Assembly (NCBI GenBank): GCA_005239745.1
Contig: SBBL01000099.1
Span: 1 to 45,556 of the forward strand
DNA from: Candidatus Troglogloeales bacterium
GTDB lineage: Bacteria > Nitrospirota > Nitrospiria > SBBL01
Direction of reading: 5' to 3'
DNA: 45,556 nt
Below, piece by piece: positions 9,004 to 18,995 of the stretch. The notes beneath the pieces are model-generated. The model worked only from the letters and a program-made list of their open reading frames with translations, made no database searches and was not told where the DNA came from. Each line of letters starts with the position of its first letter. Position 1 is the stretch's first letter. Both the position numbers and the translations under genes were made by a program.

Positions 9004-9077
9004 TGGGGGATCGTCTAATGGCAGGACAGCAGACTCTGACTCTGCTTATCGAGGTTCGACCCCTCGTCCCCCAGCCA
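9004..9077 (+). tRNA. tRNA-Gln(CTG)
   Basis: Acceptor TGGGGGA/TCCCCCA, anticodon arm GCAGA-CT-CTG-AC-TCTGC, GGTTCGA T-loop, encoded CCA. Confidence 0.96.
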
Positions 9078-9125
9078 GTTAGGCTGTGTTTTTCCTCTTA
9101 AGTTTGCCAATTTCTACGGAGCGAT

Positions 9126-11015
9126 ATGACAAAAAGTAGCATGGCGGACATCGTTGTAGTGGGCGCGGGTCATGCCGGATGCGAGGCGGCGCTTGCCGCC
9201 GCACGCATGGGCGCGCAGACCACCCTTTTTACCCTGAATATGAGCAACATCGGTCAGATGTCGTGCAATCCCGCGATCGGCGGCATTGCAAAAGGCCACA
9301 TGGTTCGGGAAATAGACGCCCTGGGTGGACAGATGGCACGCGCCATAGACGAGGCGGGGATACAATTTCGCATGTTAAACACCAGCAAAGGACCAGCCGT
9401 GCGCGCCATGCGCGCACAGGCTGACCGAGAACTCTACCGACAGGCAATGACGCATGCCCTACAACATCAGCCCCGTCTCACCGTGGTAGAGGCCCAAGTG
9501 GATGGACTCATCGTGGAGCAGCAGACCGTCCACGGTGTTATCCTGCAAGGAGGGGTTGAATACAGGGCTACGGCGGTTATCCTAACCACCGGGACGTTCC
9601 TGCGGGGCCTCATCCATATAGGTAAAAAAACCACCCCAGCGGGTAGAATCGGTGAAGACCGGTCAGAGGCCGCGTCCGAGGCCCTAGAACGCCTGGGGTT
9701 CCGGTTGGGACGCCTAAAGACCGGCACCCCACCTAGATTAGACGGTCGAACGATTGATTACAGCAGGCTCGAGCCGCAGCGTGGCGACCCCACACCGACA
9801 CCGTTTTCGTATGCCACAAAACAACTTTCCGTTGATCAGGTGCAGTGCTATCTCACCTATACAAATGAGTCCGTCCATAACGTCATCCGTGAACATCTCG
9901 ATGAATCGCCGCTCTATTCCGGGGTTATTACGGGCATTGGCCCGCGCTACTGTCCGTCTATCGAAGATAAGGTGGTAAAGTTTTCTAACCATCCTCGCCA
10001 TCAGGTTTTTTTAGAACCGGAAGGACGAACCACGCCGATTGTCTATCCAAACGGTATTTCAACGAGTTTGCCGGAAGAGACGCAACTGGAATTCATACAA
10101 AAGATCCCCGGGCTTGAAAATGTAACGATGGTCCGTCCGGGATATGCCATTGAGTATGATTACGTCCCGCCACAACAATTGCACCTGACCCTCGAGACGC
10201 GTGTCATCTCCGGCCTCTATTTCGCCGGTCAGATCAACGGAACGTCTGGATATGAAGAAGCCGCCGCACAAGGGCTGATAGCGGGAATTAACGCCACCTT
10301 GCGGTGGCGCGGCCTTTGTGGCAAAACGGAGACAGGTCCGCTGGTCTTAAGCCGGTCACAGGCCTACGTCGGTGTACTTATAGACGATCTGGTCACCTTA
10401 GGGACCGAAGAACCCTACCGGATGTTTACCTCCCGCGCCGAATACCGTTTGCTGTTACGCTACGATAACGCGGACCTGCGCCTGATGGAGATTGGACATA
10501 AAATTGGCCTGCTTTCTGACGAGATGTACGGGGCCTACCTTAAAAAAACCGAGAGCATCGCATCTGTTCGGGAGTGGCTCCACAATACACCAGTGCGCGC
10601 CATTGAAGGCAGAGATACGACGCTAGAGACCTACGACCCCTCATTAACGCTTATGCAATTACTCAAACGTTCAGAGGTTGACCCCAAGGGCGTGATCGGG
10701 CTTTGGCCGGGGGGTGAGGTGGACCCTGCCGTCGCGCAGGAGATTGAGATAGCGGTTCGGTACGGCGGATACATTGACCGTGAACTTGCACACGTGGAGA
10801 AGTTCAAGCGCATGGAGGCCAAGCACATACCGTCAAATATCAGCTACACGCGTGTACCAGGGCTTTCAAGGGAGGTGGTCGAGAAGCTGCATCGGGTACG
10901 GCCCACATCGCTCGGTCAGGCCGCTCGCATCCCCGGTGTCACCCCCGCCGCGATTTCTGTCTTGATGATTGAATTAGAACGCAAGTACCGGCTTCAGGCT
11001 GTTGGGCAACTCTAA
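9126..11015 (+). CDS. mnmG: tRNA uridine 5-carboxymethylaminomethyl modification enzyme MnmG (GidA)
   Basis: [59 protein letters not shown]. Confidence 0.98.
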   Translation: MTKSSMADIVVVGAGHAGCEAALAAARMGAQTTLFTLNMSNIGQMSCNPAIGGIAKGHMVREIDALGGQMARAIDEAGIQFRMLNTSKGPAVRAMRAQADRELYRQAMTHALQHQPRLTVVEAQVDGLIVEQQTVHGVILQGGVEYRATAVILTTGTFLRGLIHIGKKTTPAGRIGEDRSEAASEALERLGFRLGRLKTGTPPRLDGRTIDYSRLEPQRGDPTPTPFSYATKQLSVDQVQCYLTYTNESVHNVIREHLDESPLYSGVITGIGPRYCPSIEDKVVKFSNHPRHQVFLEPEGRTTPIVYPNGISTSLPEETQLEFIQKIPGLENVTMVRPGYAIEYDYVPPQQLHLTLETRVISGLYFAGQINGTSGYEEAAAQGLIAGINATLRWRGLCGKTETGPLVLSRSQAYVGVLIDDLVTLGTEEPYRMFTSRAEYRLLLRYDNADLRLMEIGHKIGLLSDEMYGAYLKKTESIASVREWLHNTPVRAIEGRDTTLETYDPSLTLMQLLKRSEVDPKGVIGLWPGGEVDPAVAQEIEIAVRYGGYIDRELAHVEKFKRMEAKHIPSNISYTRVPGLSREVVEKLHRVRPTSLGQAARIPGVTPAAISVLMIELERKYRLQAVGQL

Positions 11016-11034
11016 AAGCTACCGAAAAATATCA

Positions 11035-11213
11035 GGACACCTCTAAAAACCTACTGCGTGACCCAATTGCTGCGTTGCGCGGGGTCCCCAAGAGCAAGCT
11101 CTTGGGGTGCTGCGCTGTGCTCGGAATCTTCATGTACACCACGTACATTGCGGTTCCTGTACGTAGTAGCCCTTGCACTTCAAGCCGCCTCATGACGGTT
11201 TTTAGAGGTGCCC
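11035..11213 (-). mobile_element. MITE, 179 bp, full-length copy 2 (inverted relative to copy 1)
   Basis: TIRs GGACACCTCTAAAAACC / GGTTTTTAGAGGTGCCC, ATCA direct repeats (11031-11034, 11214-11217); internal sequence is nearly the reverse complement of 8782-8958. Confidence 0.9.
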
Positions 11214-11214
11214 A

Positions 11215-12492
11215 TCAGGCGGATTTAACGTCTTTTCCCTGATGATAGATAAGAACAGGCTCGGCGGTACCGGAAATGAATGCCTCCGTCACAACACATT
11301 CCTTGATGTCTTCGATGGAGGGAAGGTTATACATCAACTCCAGCATGGCATTTTCAATAATCGCGCGTAATCCACGCGCCCCTGTTTTCTGAGACAGGGC
11401 CAGTTTGGCAATAGCCTCTATGGCACTGGGCATAAAGTTGAGCTTCACGTGTTCCAGGGAGAAAAGTTTCTCATACTGCTTCAAAAGCGCATTTCGCGGC
11501 TCTGTCAGTATCCGAATCAGGGCGGCTTCACTTAGATTGTTCAGCGTCGCAACCACCGGGAAACGACCGATAAACTCCGGTATTAAACCGTACTGAATCA
11601 AATCTTCCGCCTGCACCAGCGAAAGGATGTCTCCGGATCTTCGATGGACTTTTCTAACGTCGGCGCCAAAGCCAATGACCTTCTTGTTAATGCGTCGTTC
11701 GATGATCTTTTCAAGATCAATAAACGTTCCGCCACAAATGAAGAGGATGTCACTGGTATTGACCTGTATAAACTCCTGGTGCGGATGTTTCCGTCCACCT
11801 TGTGGAGGAACATTGGCAATGGTTCCTTCAACCAGTTTCAGCAGTGCCTGCTGGACCCCTTCACCAGAGACATCACGGGTGATAGACGGCGAATCACTCT
11901 TGCGCGCGATTTTATCAATTTCATCAATATAAACAACCCCTCGACACGCCTTCTCAACGTTGTAATCGGCCGCCTGTAATAGCTTGAGGATAATGTTTTC
12001 AACGTCCTCCCCCACATAGCCGGCCTCCGTAAGGGTCGTGGCATCGGCAATCGTGAAGGGCACATCTAAGATACGCGCCAACGTCTGCGCAAGCAGCGTC
12101 TTGCCGGTACCCGTTGGCCCAATCAGCAGAATATTTCCTTTCTGGAGTTCAATGCCGTCACCCGTGCGATGAGTGGCGGCACGCTTTTCGTTTTGGGCGT
12201 TTGAGGTAATTCGCTTGTAGTGGTTGTAAACGGAAACGGCGAGTACTTTTTTGGCCCGTTCCTGTTCGATCACGTACTGATCGAGGGTGGCCTTGATATC
12301 AACAGGTTTTGGGAGCGCGGGCATACGCTCCGGCTTGCCCCCTTCCCATTCCTCTGCAATGATGTCATTGCACAAGTCCACGCACTCATTGCAGATGTAA
12401 ACGGCCGGCCCCGCGATAAGTTTTTTGACCTCATCGCGATTTTTCCCGCAGAAAGAACACCGCAGGTACTCCACCTTCTCATGCTTTGGCAT
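11215..12492 (-). CDS. clpX: ATP-dependent Clp protease ATP-binding subunit ClpX
   Basis: CSFCGK..CNECV zinc finger, [25 protein letters not shown] loop. Confidence 0.98.
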   Translation of the reverse strand: MPKHEKVEYLRCSFCGKNRDEVKKLIAGPAVYICNECVDLCNDIIAEEWEGGKPERMPALPKPVDIKATLDQYVIEQERAKKVLAVSVYNHYKRITSNAQNEKRAATHRTGDGIELQKGNILLIGPTGTGKTLLAQTLARILDVPFTIADATTLTEAGYVGEDVENIILKLLQAADYNVEKACRGVVYIDEIDKIARKSDSPSITRDVSGEGVQQALLKLVEGTIANVPPQGGRKHPHQEFIQVNTSDILFICGGTFIDLEKIIERRINKKVIGFGADVRKVHRRSGDILSLVQAEDLIQYGLIPEFIGRFPVVATLNNLSEAALIRILTEPRNALLKQYEKLFSLEHVKLNFMPSAIEAIAKLALSQKTGARGLRAIIENAMLELMYNLPSIEDIKECVVTEAFISGTAEPVLIYHQGKDVKSA

Positions 12493-12516
12493 ACGGGAAC
12501 CTCCTTACCTTATTGG

Positions 12517-12647
12517 GTGCACCTCTAAAACCTACTGCGCGTCCAGAGGTGCCCTTAAGAATCTTCATATATTCAACGATATACTGTGTCTCCTGCGCCC
12601 CTCGCGCCTTGCATTCCGGCCGCTCGTGACGGCTTTTAGAGGCGCCC
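12517..12647 (-). mobile_element. Degenerate, internally rearranged MITE between clpP and clpX
   Basis: GTGCACCTCTAAAACCTACTGCG ... GACGGCTTTTAGAGGCGCCC plus an internal AGAGGTGCCC. Confidence 0.75.
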
Positions 12648-12664
12648 TCGGGCAAGCACCCACG

Positions 12665-13255
12665 CTATTTTCGGACCGGCGCATGTTCGATAACCTCATC
12701 CACAATACGGTAGTTCCTTGCCTCTTCTCCAGACATGAAGTAGTCTCGCTCGGTGTCCGCCCGCACTTTCTCAATCGGTTGCTGAGTGTGTTTTACTAGG
12801 ATCTCGTTGATGCGCTCTCTAATTTTTAATATTTCTCTTGCATGAATATCAATGTCTGTCGCCTGCCCTTGAAACCCACCTATAGGTTGGTGAATCATCA
12901 CACGTGCATTGGGCAGGGCAAACCGCTTGCCCTCGGTGCCGGCGGCAAGCAGTAAGGCACCCATGCTGGCCGCCTGTCCAACACAAATGGTTGAAACCGG
13001 CGCCTTAATGTATCGGATCGTGTCATAAACGGCAAGCCCAGACGTAACCATGCCACCTGGGGAGTTGATATAGAGATTAATGTCTTTTTCCGGATCTTCG
13101 GCCTCTAAAAAAAGTAGTTGTGCAATGACTAGGTTGGCAACGGCATCGTCTATCCCCGTTCCCAGAAAAACAATACGATCCTTCAACAGCCGAGAGTAAA
13201 TATCAAATGCCCGCTCCCCACGACTCGTCTGTTCGATGACCATTGGAACTAACAT
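12665..13255 (-). CDS. clpP: ATP-dependent Clp protease proteolytic subunit
   Basis: [25 protein letters not shown] (catalytic Ser), MIHQP. Confidence 0.98.
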   Translation of the reverse strand: MLVPMVIEQTSRGERAFDIYSRLLKDRIVFLGTGIDDAVANLVIAQLLFLEAEDPEKDINLYINSPGGMVTSGLAVYDTIRYIKAPVSTICVGQAASMGALLLAAGTEGKRFALPNARVMIHQPIGGFQGQATDIDIHAREILKIRERINEILVKHTQQPIEKVRADTERDYFMSGEEARNYRIVDEVIEHAPVRK

Positions 13256-13318
13256 ATTCCTTATTCTCCCGGTTGGCCTACTAATTGTGTAGCACTACAC
13301 CCGCTGAATTTCAACCGC

Positions 13319-13398
13319 CCCTAGCCCCGCAGCCGGCATTCCAGCCTCCTAGAACAAAGGGGGGTTATTCCTTCCTTCCCTGGCTTTTAGAGGTGCCC
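13319..13398. repeat. REP-like element plus MITE TIR between tig and clpP
   Basis: CCCTAGCCCCGCAGCCGGC identical to 37537-37555; GGCTTTTAGAGGTGCCC at 13382-13398 abuts the tig stop. Confidence 0.7.
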
Positions 13399-14694
13399 TT
13401 ATCCAGATACCGGCCCCACCCGTCCTGTGGACGGTTCAAAGCGGGCAAGCTCGTAAACCCGGTCAATCGCCTTCCTGACCCGCATTTGTTCTCGGTATTC
13501 GTCGCGTGCCGTCTTATCCTGATTAAACCGTTTGGTGACCTCACTTAGAGGTACACGGGCACGATTTGCAATATGGGACATCTCTAAGTCCCACTCTTGC
13601 TCGCTAACATGGACCCCTTCTCTCTCTGCAATGGCATGCAAGACCAGGCTCTTTGCAACACGCCGAACCGCTTCCGGCCTCACCAACTCGTACAACTGTG
13701 CTTGTTTTTCAGCATGAAAATCTGACACACCCATTTGATGCATCATATGGTGGATTTCTCTTTCCGTCCAAGAGGGCGGCGGGGTTACCGGATGTAAGTC
13801 AAGTAGGTCATTCAAGAGGCGGTCTTTTTGGAGTTGTACCTGTTTCTTTCTGGCCTCTTCTAATAATACCCCGCGGAGGTGTTCCCGAAGCGCCGAGAGT
13901 GTCTGAAATTTATTGTCTTTTGCAAAATCGTCATCCAATGCCGGTGCAATATGCGCCTTCACCTCTTGGATGACGATATCGTAGTGAACGGTATGACGCG
14001 GGCCGGTTGCCTCCCCTTGGCCGGAAGGCATGGGGACACTGACCTGTAGGTGTGCGCCACGCTGCTTGCCGAGTAGGGCCTCCTCGATTTCAGGGGGAAG
14101 CTTTCCTACTCCCACTTGAATCATCTCCCCCATCTGGCGACGCCCGGAGACGGGTGGGACGCTTTCCCGTATGGTGTAATCAATGACAAGATAGTTGGAA
14201 GGAGCAACCACATGGTCATCTGGGCAGACCTGCAATTGCCCCTGGGTTTCCTGCATAGTACGTAGAGCGGCGTCAATATCCGATTCGTCAATGGTGACTT
14301 CAGCCGACGATATCGGCAAACCTTGATACTGAAGCGGGCCAATGACGGGGACGACCTCTACCAATACGTGGAAGACCATTTTTTTATTTGGATCGGGCGG
14401 GGCAACCTCCGAGAAAACGGGAAGGGCTATCGGCTCGAGATGGGTGTTCGTGATGGCCTGCCTGTAAGCGCTTTTGAGAAGGTGTTCCACCACGTCTTCT
14501 TCTGCTGCCTTTTTAAATTTTGCCTGGATGAGCGCAAGCGGCACCTTCCCCGGACGAAATCCGGGCAATGACGCTCGTCTCTGAATGTCGGCGTAGGCAC
14601 GGTGAAACTCGGAAGACACTATGTCGGCAGGCACTTCCAACGTCAGCCGCCTCTGGCTAGACGAAACTTCCTGTACCGATACGGCTACCTCCAA
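13399..14694 (-). CDS. tig: Trigger factor
   Basis: Ribosome-binding signature GFRPGKVP; tig-clpP-clpX order. TTG start at 14694 after GGAGGGG (ORF track starts at 14727). Confidence 0.9.
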   Translation of the reverse strand: MEVAVSVQEVSSSQRRLTLEVPADIVSSEFHRAYADIQRRASLPGFRPGKVPLALIQAKFKKAAEEDVVEHLLKSAYRQAITNTHLEPIALPVFSEVAPPDPNKKMVFHVLVEVVPVIGPLQYQGLPISSAEVTIDESDIDAALRTMQETQGQLQVCPDDHVVAPSNYLVIDYTIRESVPPVSGRRQMGEMIQVGVGKLPPEIEEALLGKQRGAHLQVSVPMPSGQGEATGPRHTVHYDIVIQEVKAHIAPALDDDFAKDNKFQTLSALREHLRGVLLEEARKKQVQLQKDRLLNDLLDLHPVTPPPSWTEREIHHMMHQMGVSDFHAEKQAQLYELVRPEAVRRVAKSLVLHAIAEREGVHVSEQEWDLEMSHIANRARVPLSEVTKRFNQDKTARDEYREQMRVRKAIDRVYELARFEPSTGRVGPVSG

Positions 14695-14748
14695 CGAAAC
14701 CCCTCCGAAAGACAACTCCATACCCAATAGGGCATAAAAACCAGCGGC

Positions 14749-14778
14749 AGTCTAGCGACCCACCCACACGTGTGTCAA
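14749..14778 (-). promoter_or_regulatory. Putative sigma70 promoter for tig
   Basis: Minus-strand TTGACA (14778-14773), 18 bp, TAGACT (14754-14749). Confidence 0.55.
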
Positions 14779-14828
14779 CGGGCGCCGCCAACCGGGCTAT
14801 AATAAAAAGGTGTGTAAAAGTTTAGAGA

Positions 14829-14894
14829 GGTGGCGTACGCTTTCGGGTTGAAGAGACCATTAAGTCCCGGTTCCGGGAGAAAGGACACGCCACC
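14829..14894 (+). ncRNA. Candidate structured RNA (three-way junction), family not recognised
   Basis: GGTGGCGT/ACGCCACC and CTTTC/GAAAG closing stems, GGT..ACC and TCCCG-GTTC-CGGGA hairpins; TATAAT at 14798-14803. Confidence 0.4.
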
Positions 14895-15069
14895 ATAAGA
14901 GACGGGAACATAAAAGCGATTGAGGAAGCAAGAAGAAATTACGAGGGAACACTCGAAGGACCGCCTAGCCCGGCGTAAAAAACGCGCCGGGAGAACCGGG
15001 AGTTCAAGACCGATACCCCCCTTCGGAACTACGGCTTAACTGCCCTATTTGATATCTCAGTACGAAATT

Positions 15070-15099
15070 TTGACAGAAAGAGGTAGGTTCAGGTATGAT
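15070..15099 (+). promoter_or_regulatory. Putative sigma70 promoter for dnaG-rpoD
   Basis: TTGACA (15070-15075), 18 bp, TATGAT (15094-15099). Confidence 0.65.
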
Positions 15100-15159
15100 C
15101 CGAGGTTACCGTATTTACAGGCTGATGGCTTCTTAGGTGGCGATATCGAAAGGGTTGCC

Positions 15160-16962
15160 TTGAGCAGTCAGACACGATCAGATCCGTTCGTTACGTGTGT
15201 TCGTGATCGCACCGACTTTATCTCGGTTGTTTCCGACTATGTTGTCCTTAAGAAGGTCGGGCGCGACTATACGGGCTTGTGTCCTTTCCACGCGGAGAAA
15301 CGCCCTTCATTCACGGTTAGCTCTGAAAAACAGCTCTTTTATTGTTTTGGATGTGGGGCAGGCGGCGACCTTTTTGAGTTTATGGAGAAAATGGAAGGGC
15401 TTTCTTTCAAAGAGGCGTTGCATCATCTTGCCAAAAAGGTGGGGGTCCCCATCCCGGAATACCGTGAAGGGGGGGGCGTTGCGTCTGAAAACGTCGAGAT
15501 TTATAGGGTGAATGAAGAAGCGATGGGTTATTACCACCATGTCTTGTGCAAGCGTCCGGAGGCCGCCGTGGCACGTGCCTATTTGGCAGGGCGTGGAATT
15601 AGCGACGAGACCATTCGAGCCTTCTCCGTGGGGTTTGCCCTGCCAGAGCGTGACGGTCTTATCCGTGCACTTAAGGGGCGGTTTAATTCATCACAGCTAG
15701 AGGCGGCGGGTCTTCTGTGCAGGGGAAGACCCGGACAGACACCGTCTGATGATTACGACCGATTCAGAAATCGGGTCCTCTTCCCGATCCGAACATCGCA
15801 AAAAAAAGTGGTCGGGTTTGGTGGGCGCGTGATGGACAGTGCTTTGCCTAAATATCTCAATACCCCGGAAACGGCCGTGTTTAAGAAAGGTAGCCATCTT
15901 TTCGGCCTCGATCAGGGGGGTACGAGACGGGACGCTGTCATTATGGTGGAGGGCTACTTTGATGCCATTTCTGCGCGTCAGGCGGGGATACCCAATGTAG
16001 TGGCCACGCTTGGAACTGCATTAACGGAGGATCACCTTCAATTGGCACGGAGGGTATCCAATGAGATTATTCTTGTGTTTGATCCGGACGAGGCCGGTAC
16101 GCGGGCAGCCTTGCGCGCGGTTCCCCTGATCGCGAAATGTGGGATGCTTGCGAAGGTGGTTTCGCTCCCCTCAAAGCTCGACCCGGACTTGTTCATCAGA
16201 AAACAGGGCAAAGACGCCTTTATGGCATGCCTGAAGGGTGCAAATACGTTAATTGAGTTTGCCATTCGGACATTAGGAAAAGATGCACGTACGATTGAGG
16301 AGCGGCGACGGGTGATCCAGGAACTCATGCCCATGTTGCATCCACTGAAGAGCCCCGTTGAGAGGGGGCACTACGCCCGTGTTTTAGCGGATGTGCTGGG
16401 ACTTACGGAGCGCGACATCCGGGCAGAGTGGGGCCGGGCGCGCCAGGTTTCTTCGATCTCTCCGGTGGCTCCCGGTGGGCACTTGGCCATCGTGAAGCGT
16501 CCCGTTGATGAAGAAACCCTTGTTGGGTTGCTCATCCGAGGTGAAATCAACCTATCGGCTTGGGTGGGTCGCATTGTACCGGATGATTTTTCCGATCCTC
16601 ACCTGAGAGAAATTGTGTCCGTCTTTTGGAATACGGAAACAAAGGCATGGTCCCTTTCAGAGCAGAGGGGAACCCATACGGTCGGTTGGGAGGGAATCAG
16701 TGACACTGCCCGATTGTTAGTTACACGTCTTTCCGTTGCAGGTGTTGTTTATGACGATGCCGAACAGACAGGGAGTGATTGTCTCCGGTCGCTTTGTGTA
16801 AAGCGGCTTCAGCAGGAGAGCAGGGACGTTCAACGGAAACTCAAATCAGCGGAAGCGGCCGGCGATGCGCCGTCCGTTCGGGTGTTGCAACGGAAGTTTT
16901 TTGATATCAAAAAGGCGTTGAGTGGCTCTGTCCATCGCGCCGCAGTTAACCTGGGGGCATAG
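15160..16962 (+). CDS. dnaG: DNA primase
   Basis: CHC2 finger CPFH..CFGC, FRNRVLFPI, KYLNTPET, TOPRIM EGYFD..FDPD. TTG 15160 chosen because a promoter lies inside the longer ORF-track start (15049). Confidence 0.96.
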   Translation: MSSQTRSDPFVTCVRDRTDFISVVSDYVVLKKVGRDYTGLCPFHAEKRPSFTVSSEKQLFYCFGCGAGGDLFEFMEKMEGLSFKEALHHLAKKVGVPIPEYREGGGVASENVEIYRVNEEAMGYYHHVLCKRPEAAVARAYLAGRGISDETIRAFSVGFALPERDGLIRALKGRFNSSQLEAAGLLCRGRPGQTPSDDYDRFRNRVLFPIRTSQKKVVGFGGRVMDSALPKYLNTPETAVFKKGSHLFGLDQGGTRRDAVIMVEGYFDAISARQAGIPNVVATLGTALTEDHLQLARRVSNEIILVFDPDEAGTRAALRAVPLIAKCGMLAKVVSLPSKLDPDLFIRKQGKDAFMACLKGANTLIEFAIRTLGKDARTIEERRRVIQELMPMLHPLKSPVERGHYARVLADVLGLTERDIRAEWGRARQVSSISPVAPGGHLAIVKRPVDEETLVGLLIRGEINLSAWVGRIVPDDFSDPHLREIVSVFWNTETKAWSLSEQRGTHTVGWEGISDTARLLVTRLSVAGVVYDDAEQTGSDCLRSLCVKRLQQESRDVQRKLKSAEAAGDAPSVRVLQRKFFDIKKALSGSVHRAAVNLGA

Positions 16963-18777
16963 ATGTCTACGGGAGGACAGGAGGAGGTCAAACAACTGAT
17001 CGCCACGGGGAAGGAGAAGGAATACCTTACACACGAGGACTTGGTGGCCACCCTTCCATCCGAGATGGTCTCCTCTGCACAGCTTGGCCATCTCATGTCC
17101 ATGTTTGGCGAGATGGATGTTGATGTGGTGAGCCAAGAGGGGGTAGCGCGTTCTCAGGACATCGCCGATGAGGATGAAGAGCGGCCAGGAGAGGATGGGG
17201 GAGAGGAAGAGGCGGTTGAAGCGGTCCCCTCCGAGAAGGAGATTGCGCGAGAAATTGATCTGACCCCGGGAGAGGCCAGCCGTGGAGATAATCCGGTGCG
17301 GCTTTATCTTCGGGAAATTGGTATTGTCCCGCTCTTGACCCGTGAAGAAGAGATCAAGATCGCGCAGGAGATCGAGCGTGAGAAGCGACAGGTTCTTGCT
17401 ATTGTGTTCGGTCTACCCACGGCGGTTCAGGAGATTTTTCGGATTGGAAAACAGCTTAAGGAGGGGAGCATATCCATCTTCGACGTCGTTGCGACATCGG
17501 AAGAGGACTTTGAAATCTCAGAGGAGGATCGGAATGGCATTACGGATAAAACGTTGCAACTCATTGGGCATGTTCGTGTGCGGTACCGCGCCTATTTGAA
17601 AGCGCGTGAGGGAGCCAAGCGCGCGTTGAACAGCACCAATAAAGATACCGTAAGAGCCGCCCATGACACCATTCATTCGGCCAAGATGAAATTGATTGAA
17701 AAGATAGAGCAGCTTGCGTTAAAGCCGGCCATCCTTGAAAATATTGTCCAAGGCCCTCGCACGCTGGCCGATTCGCTATCGGGTCCTGAGCATGATATCG
17801 CGTTCTGTCGAAGAAAATGCAACCTTCAACCCGATCAGTTGGCGGATTTCTTTTCAAAGACGAAAAAGGGAACAAAAGAGATGCGCACCGCCGGGCATCG
17901 TCTCGGTCTTTCCGAGCAGCAGATTCTTGATCTTGAAAAGACCTACAAAAAGGCGAAAGACAAGATTAAACAGGTTGAGTCAGCGGCGATGGTGTCGGCC
18001 GATGAATTGAAGCATGCCACCCGTCAGCTGTTTCATGCCGAGAACGCGGTTAAGACCGCCAAGAGCAAGTTGATTGAAGCTAATTTAAGATTGGTGGTCA
18101 GTATCGCCAAGAAGCACACTAATCGCGGCTTACAATTTTTGGATTTGATCCAGGAAGGCAATATTGGCCTGATGAAGGCGGTGGATAAATTTGAGTATCA
18201 GCGTGGGTACAAGTTCTCCACCTATGCCACGTGGTGGGTCAGGCAGGGCATTACCCGTGCCATTGCCGACCAAGCCAGGACAATCCGTATCCCCGTGCAC
18301 ATGATTGAGACGATCAATAAGTTGGTTCGGACGGCCCGGCAGATGGTACAGGAGATGGGGAGGGAACCGACTCCGGAAGAACTGAGCAAGCAGATGGATT
18401 TGCCGTTAGACAAGGTTCAGAAAACCTTGAAGGTGGCAAGAGAGCCGATCTCTCTGGAGACTCCCATTGGAGAGGAGGAAGATTCTCACTTGGGCGATTT
18501 CATAGAAGATAAGAATGCGATTTCACCCATAGAGGCGGCTATTCGTTACGACTTGCAGCGTCAGATTGATAGTGTGATGAGTGGATTGACTCAGCGTGAG
18601 GAGCAGGTGCTTAGAAAACGTTTTGGGATCGGGGAAGTAACCGACCATACGTTGGAAGAGGTGGGGCAAGAGTTTAGTGTGACCCGAGAGCGAATCCGGC
18701 AGATTGAATCTAAGGCCCTTCGCAAGCTCCGCAATCCGAGTCGCAGTCGGCGATTGCGTCATTTTGTGGAGGCATAA
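16963..18777 (+). CDS. rpoD: RNA polymerase primary sigma factor
   Basis: Region 1.1, [47 protein letters not shown]. Confidence 0.98.
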   Translation: MSTGGQEEVKQLIATGKEKEYLTHEDLVATLPSEMVSSAQLGHLMSMFGEMDVDVVSQEGVARSQDIADEDEERPGEDGGEEEAVEAVPSEKEIAREIDLTPGEASRGDNPVRLYLREIGIVPLLTREEEIKIAQEIEREKRQVLAIVFGLPTAVQEIFRIGKQLKEGSISIFDVVATSEEDFEISEEDRNGITDKTLQLIGHVRVRYRAYLKAREGAKRALNSTNKDTVRAAHDTIHSAKMKLIEKIEQLALKPAILENIVQGPRTLADSLSGPEHDIAFCRRKCNLQPDQLADFFSKTKKGTKEMRTAGHRLGLSEQQILDLEKTYKKAKDKIKQVESAAMVSADELKHATRQLFHAENAVKTAKSKLIEANLRLVVSIAKKHTNRGLQFLDLIQEGNIGLMKAVDKFEYQRGYKFSTYATWWVRQGITRAIADQARTIRIPVHMIETINKLVRTARQMVQEMGREPTPEELSKQMDLPLDKVQKTLKVAREPISLETPIGEEEDSHLGDFIEDKNAISPIEAAIRYDLQRQIDSVMSGLTQREEQVLRKRFGIGEVTDHTLEEVGQEFSVTRERIRQIESKALRKLRNPSRSRRLRHFVEA

Positions 18778-18783
18778 TGCAGC

Positions 18784-18852
18784 GGGCCCCCGAAAGTGGG
18801 CTTTTGGGGTGCAAAGCGGGGCCCCCGAAAGTGGGCTTTTGGGGTGCAAAGC
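18784..18852 (+). repeat. Two tandem hairpin micro-elements separated by CAAAGC
   Basis: (G)GGGCCCCCGAAAGTGGGCTTTTGGGGTG at 18784-18811 and 18818-18846. Confidence 0.85.
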
Positions 18853-18925
18853 GGGCCCATAGCTCAGCGGTTAGAGCCGCCGGCTCATAATCGGTTGGTC
18901 CCAGGTTCGAATCCTGGTGGGCCCA
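18853..18925 (+). tRNA. tRNA with CAT anticodon, probably tRNA-Ile2 (lysidine)
   Basis: GGGCCCA/TGGGCCC acceptor, CCGG-CT-CAT-AA-TCGG arm, GGTTCGAATCC. It lacks initiator features and lies downstream of rpoD like ileX. CCA not encoded. Confidence 0.9.
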
Positions 18926-18932
18926 CCCAAGC

Positions 18933-18961
18933 GGGATCCCTAAAAGCGGGCTTTTGGGGTA
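18933..18961 (+). repeat. Hairpin micro-element downstream of the tRNA
   Basis: GGGATCCCTAAAAGCGGGCTTTTGGGGTA flanked by CCAAGC / CAAAGC. Confidence 0.8.
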
Positions 18962-18995
18962 CAAAGCGGGATGCAAAAATGAAGGTGTGTGATCA

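Noticed and set aside
8661-9018. ORFs 8661-8942 and 8815-9018
   Set aside because: They read through the MITE and into the tRNA; no protein motifs
12425-12799. ORFs 12425-12799 and 12565-12774
   Set aside because: Built from MITE sequence and clpP/clpX overlap
14920-15039. rpsU call
   Set aside because: Position fits but bS21 motifs are not recognisable; kept only as a weak small-ORF finding
15049-15159. N-terminal extension of DnaG in the ORF track
   Set aside because: Contains a near-consensus promoter; primase homology starts later
18781-18852. CRISPR array at the 34-35-bp tandem repeat
   Set aside because: No unique spacers; units are contiguous
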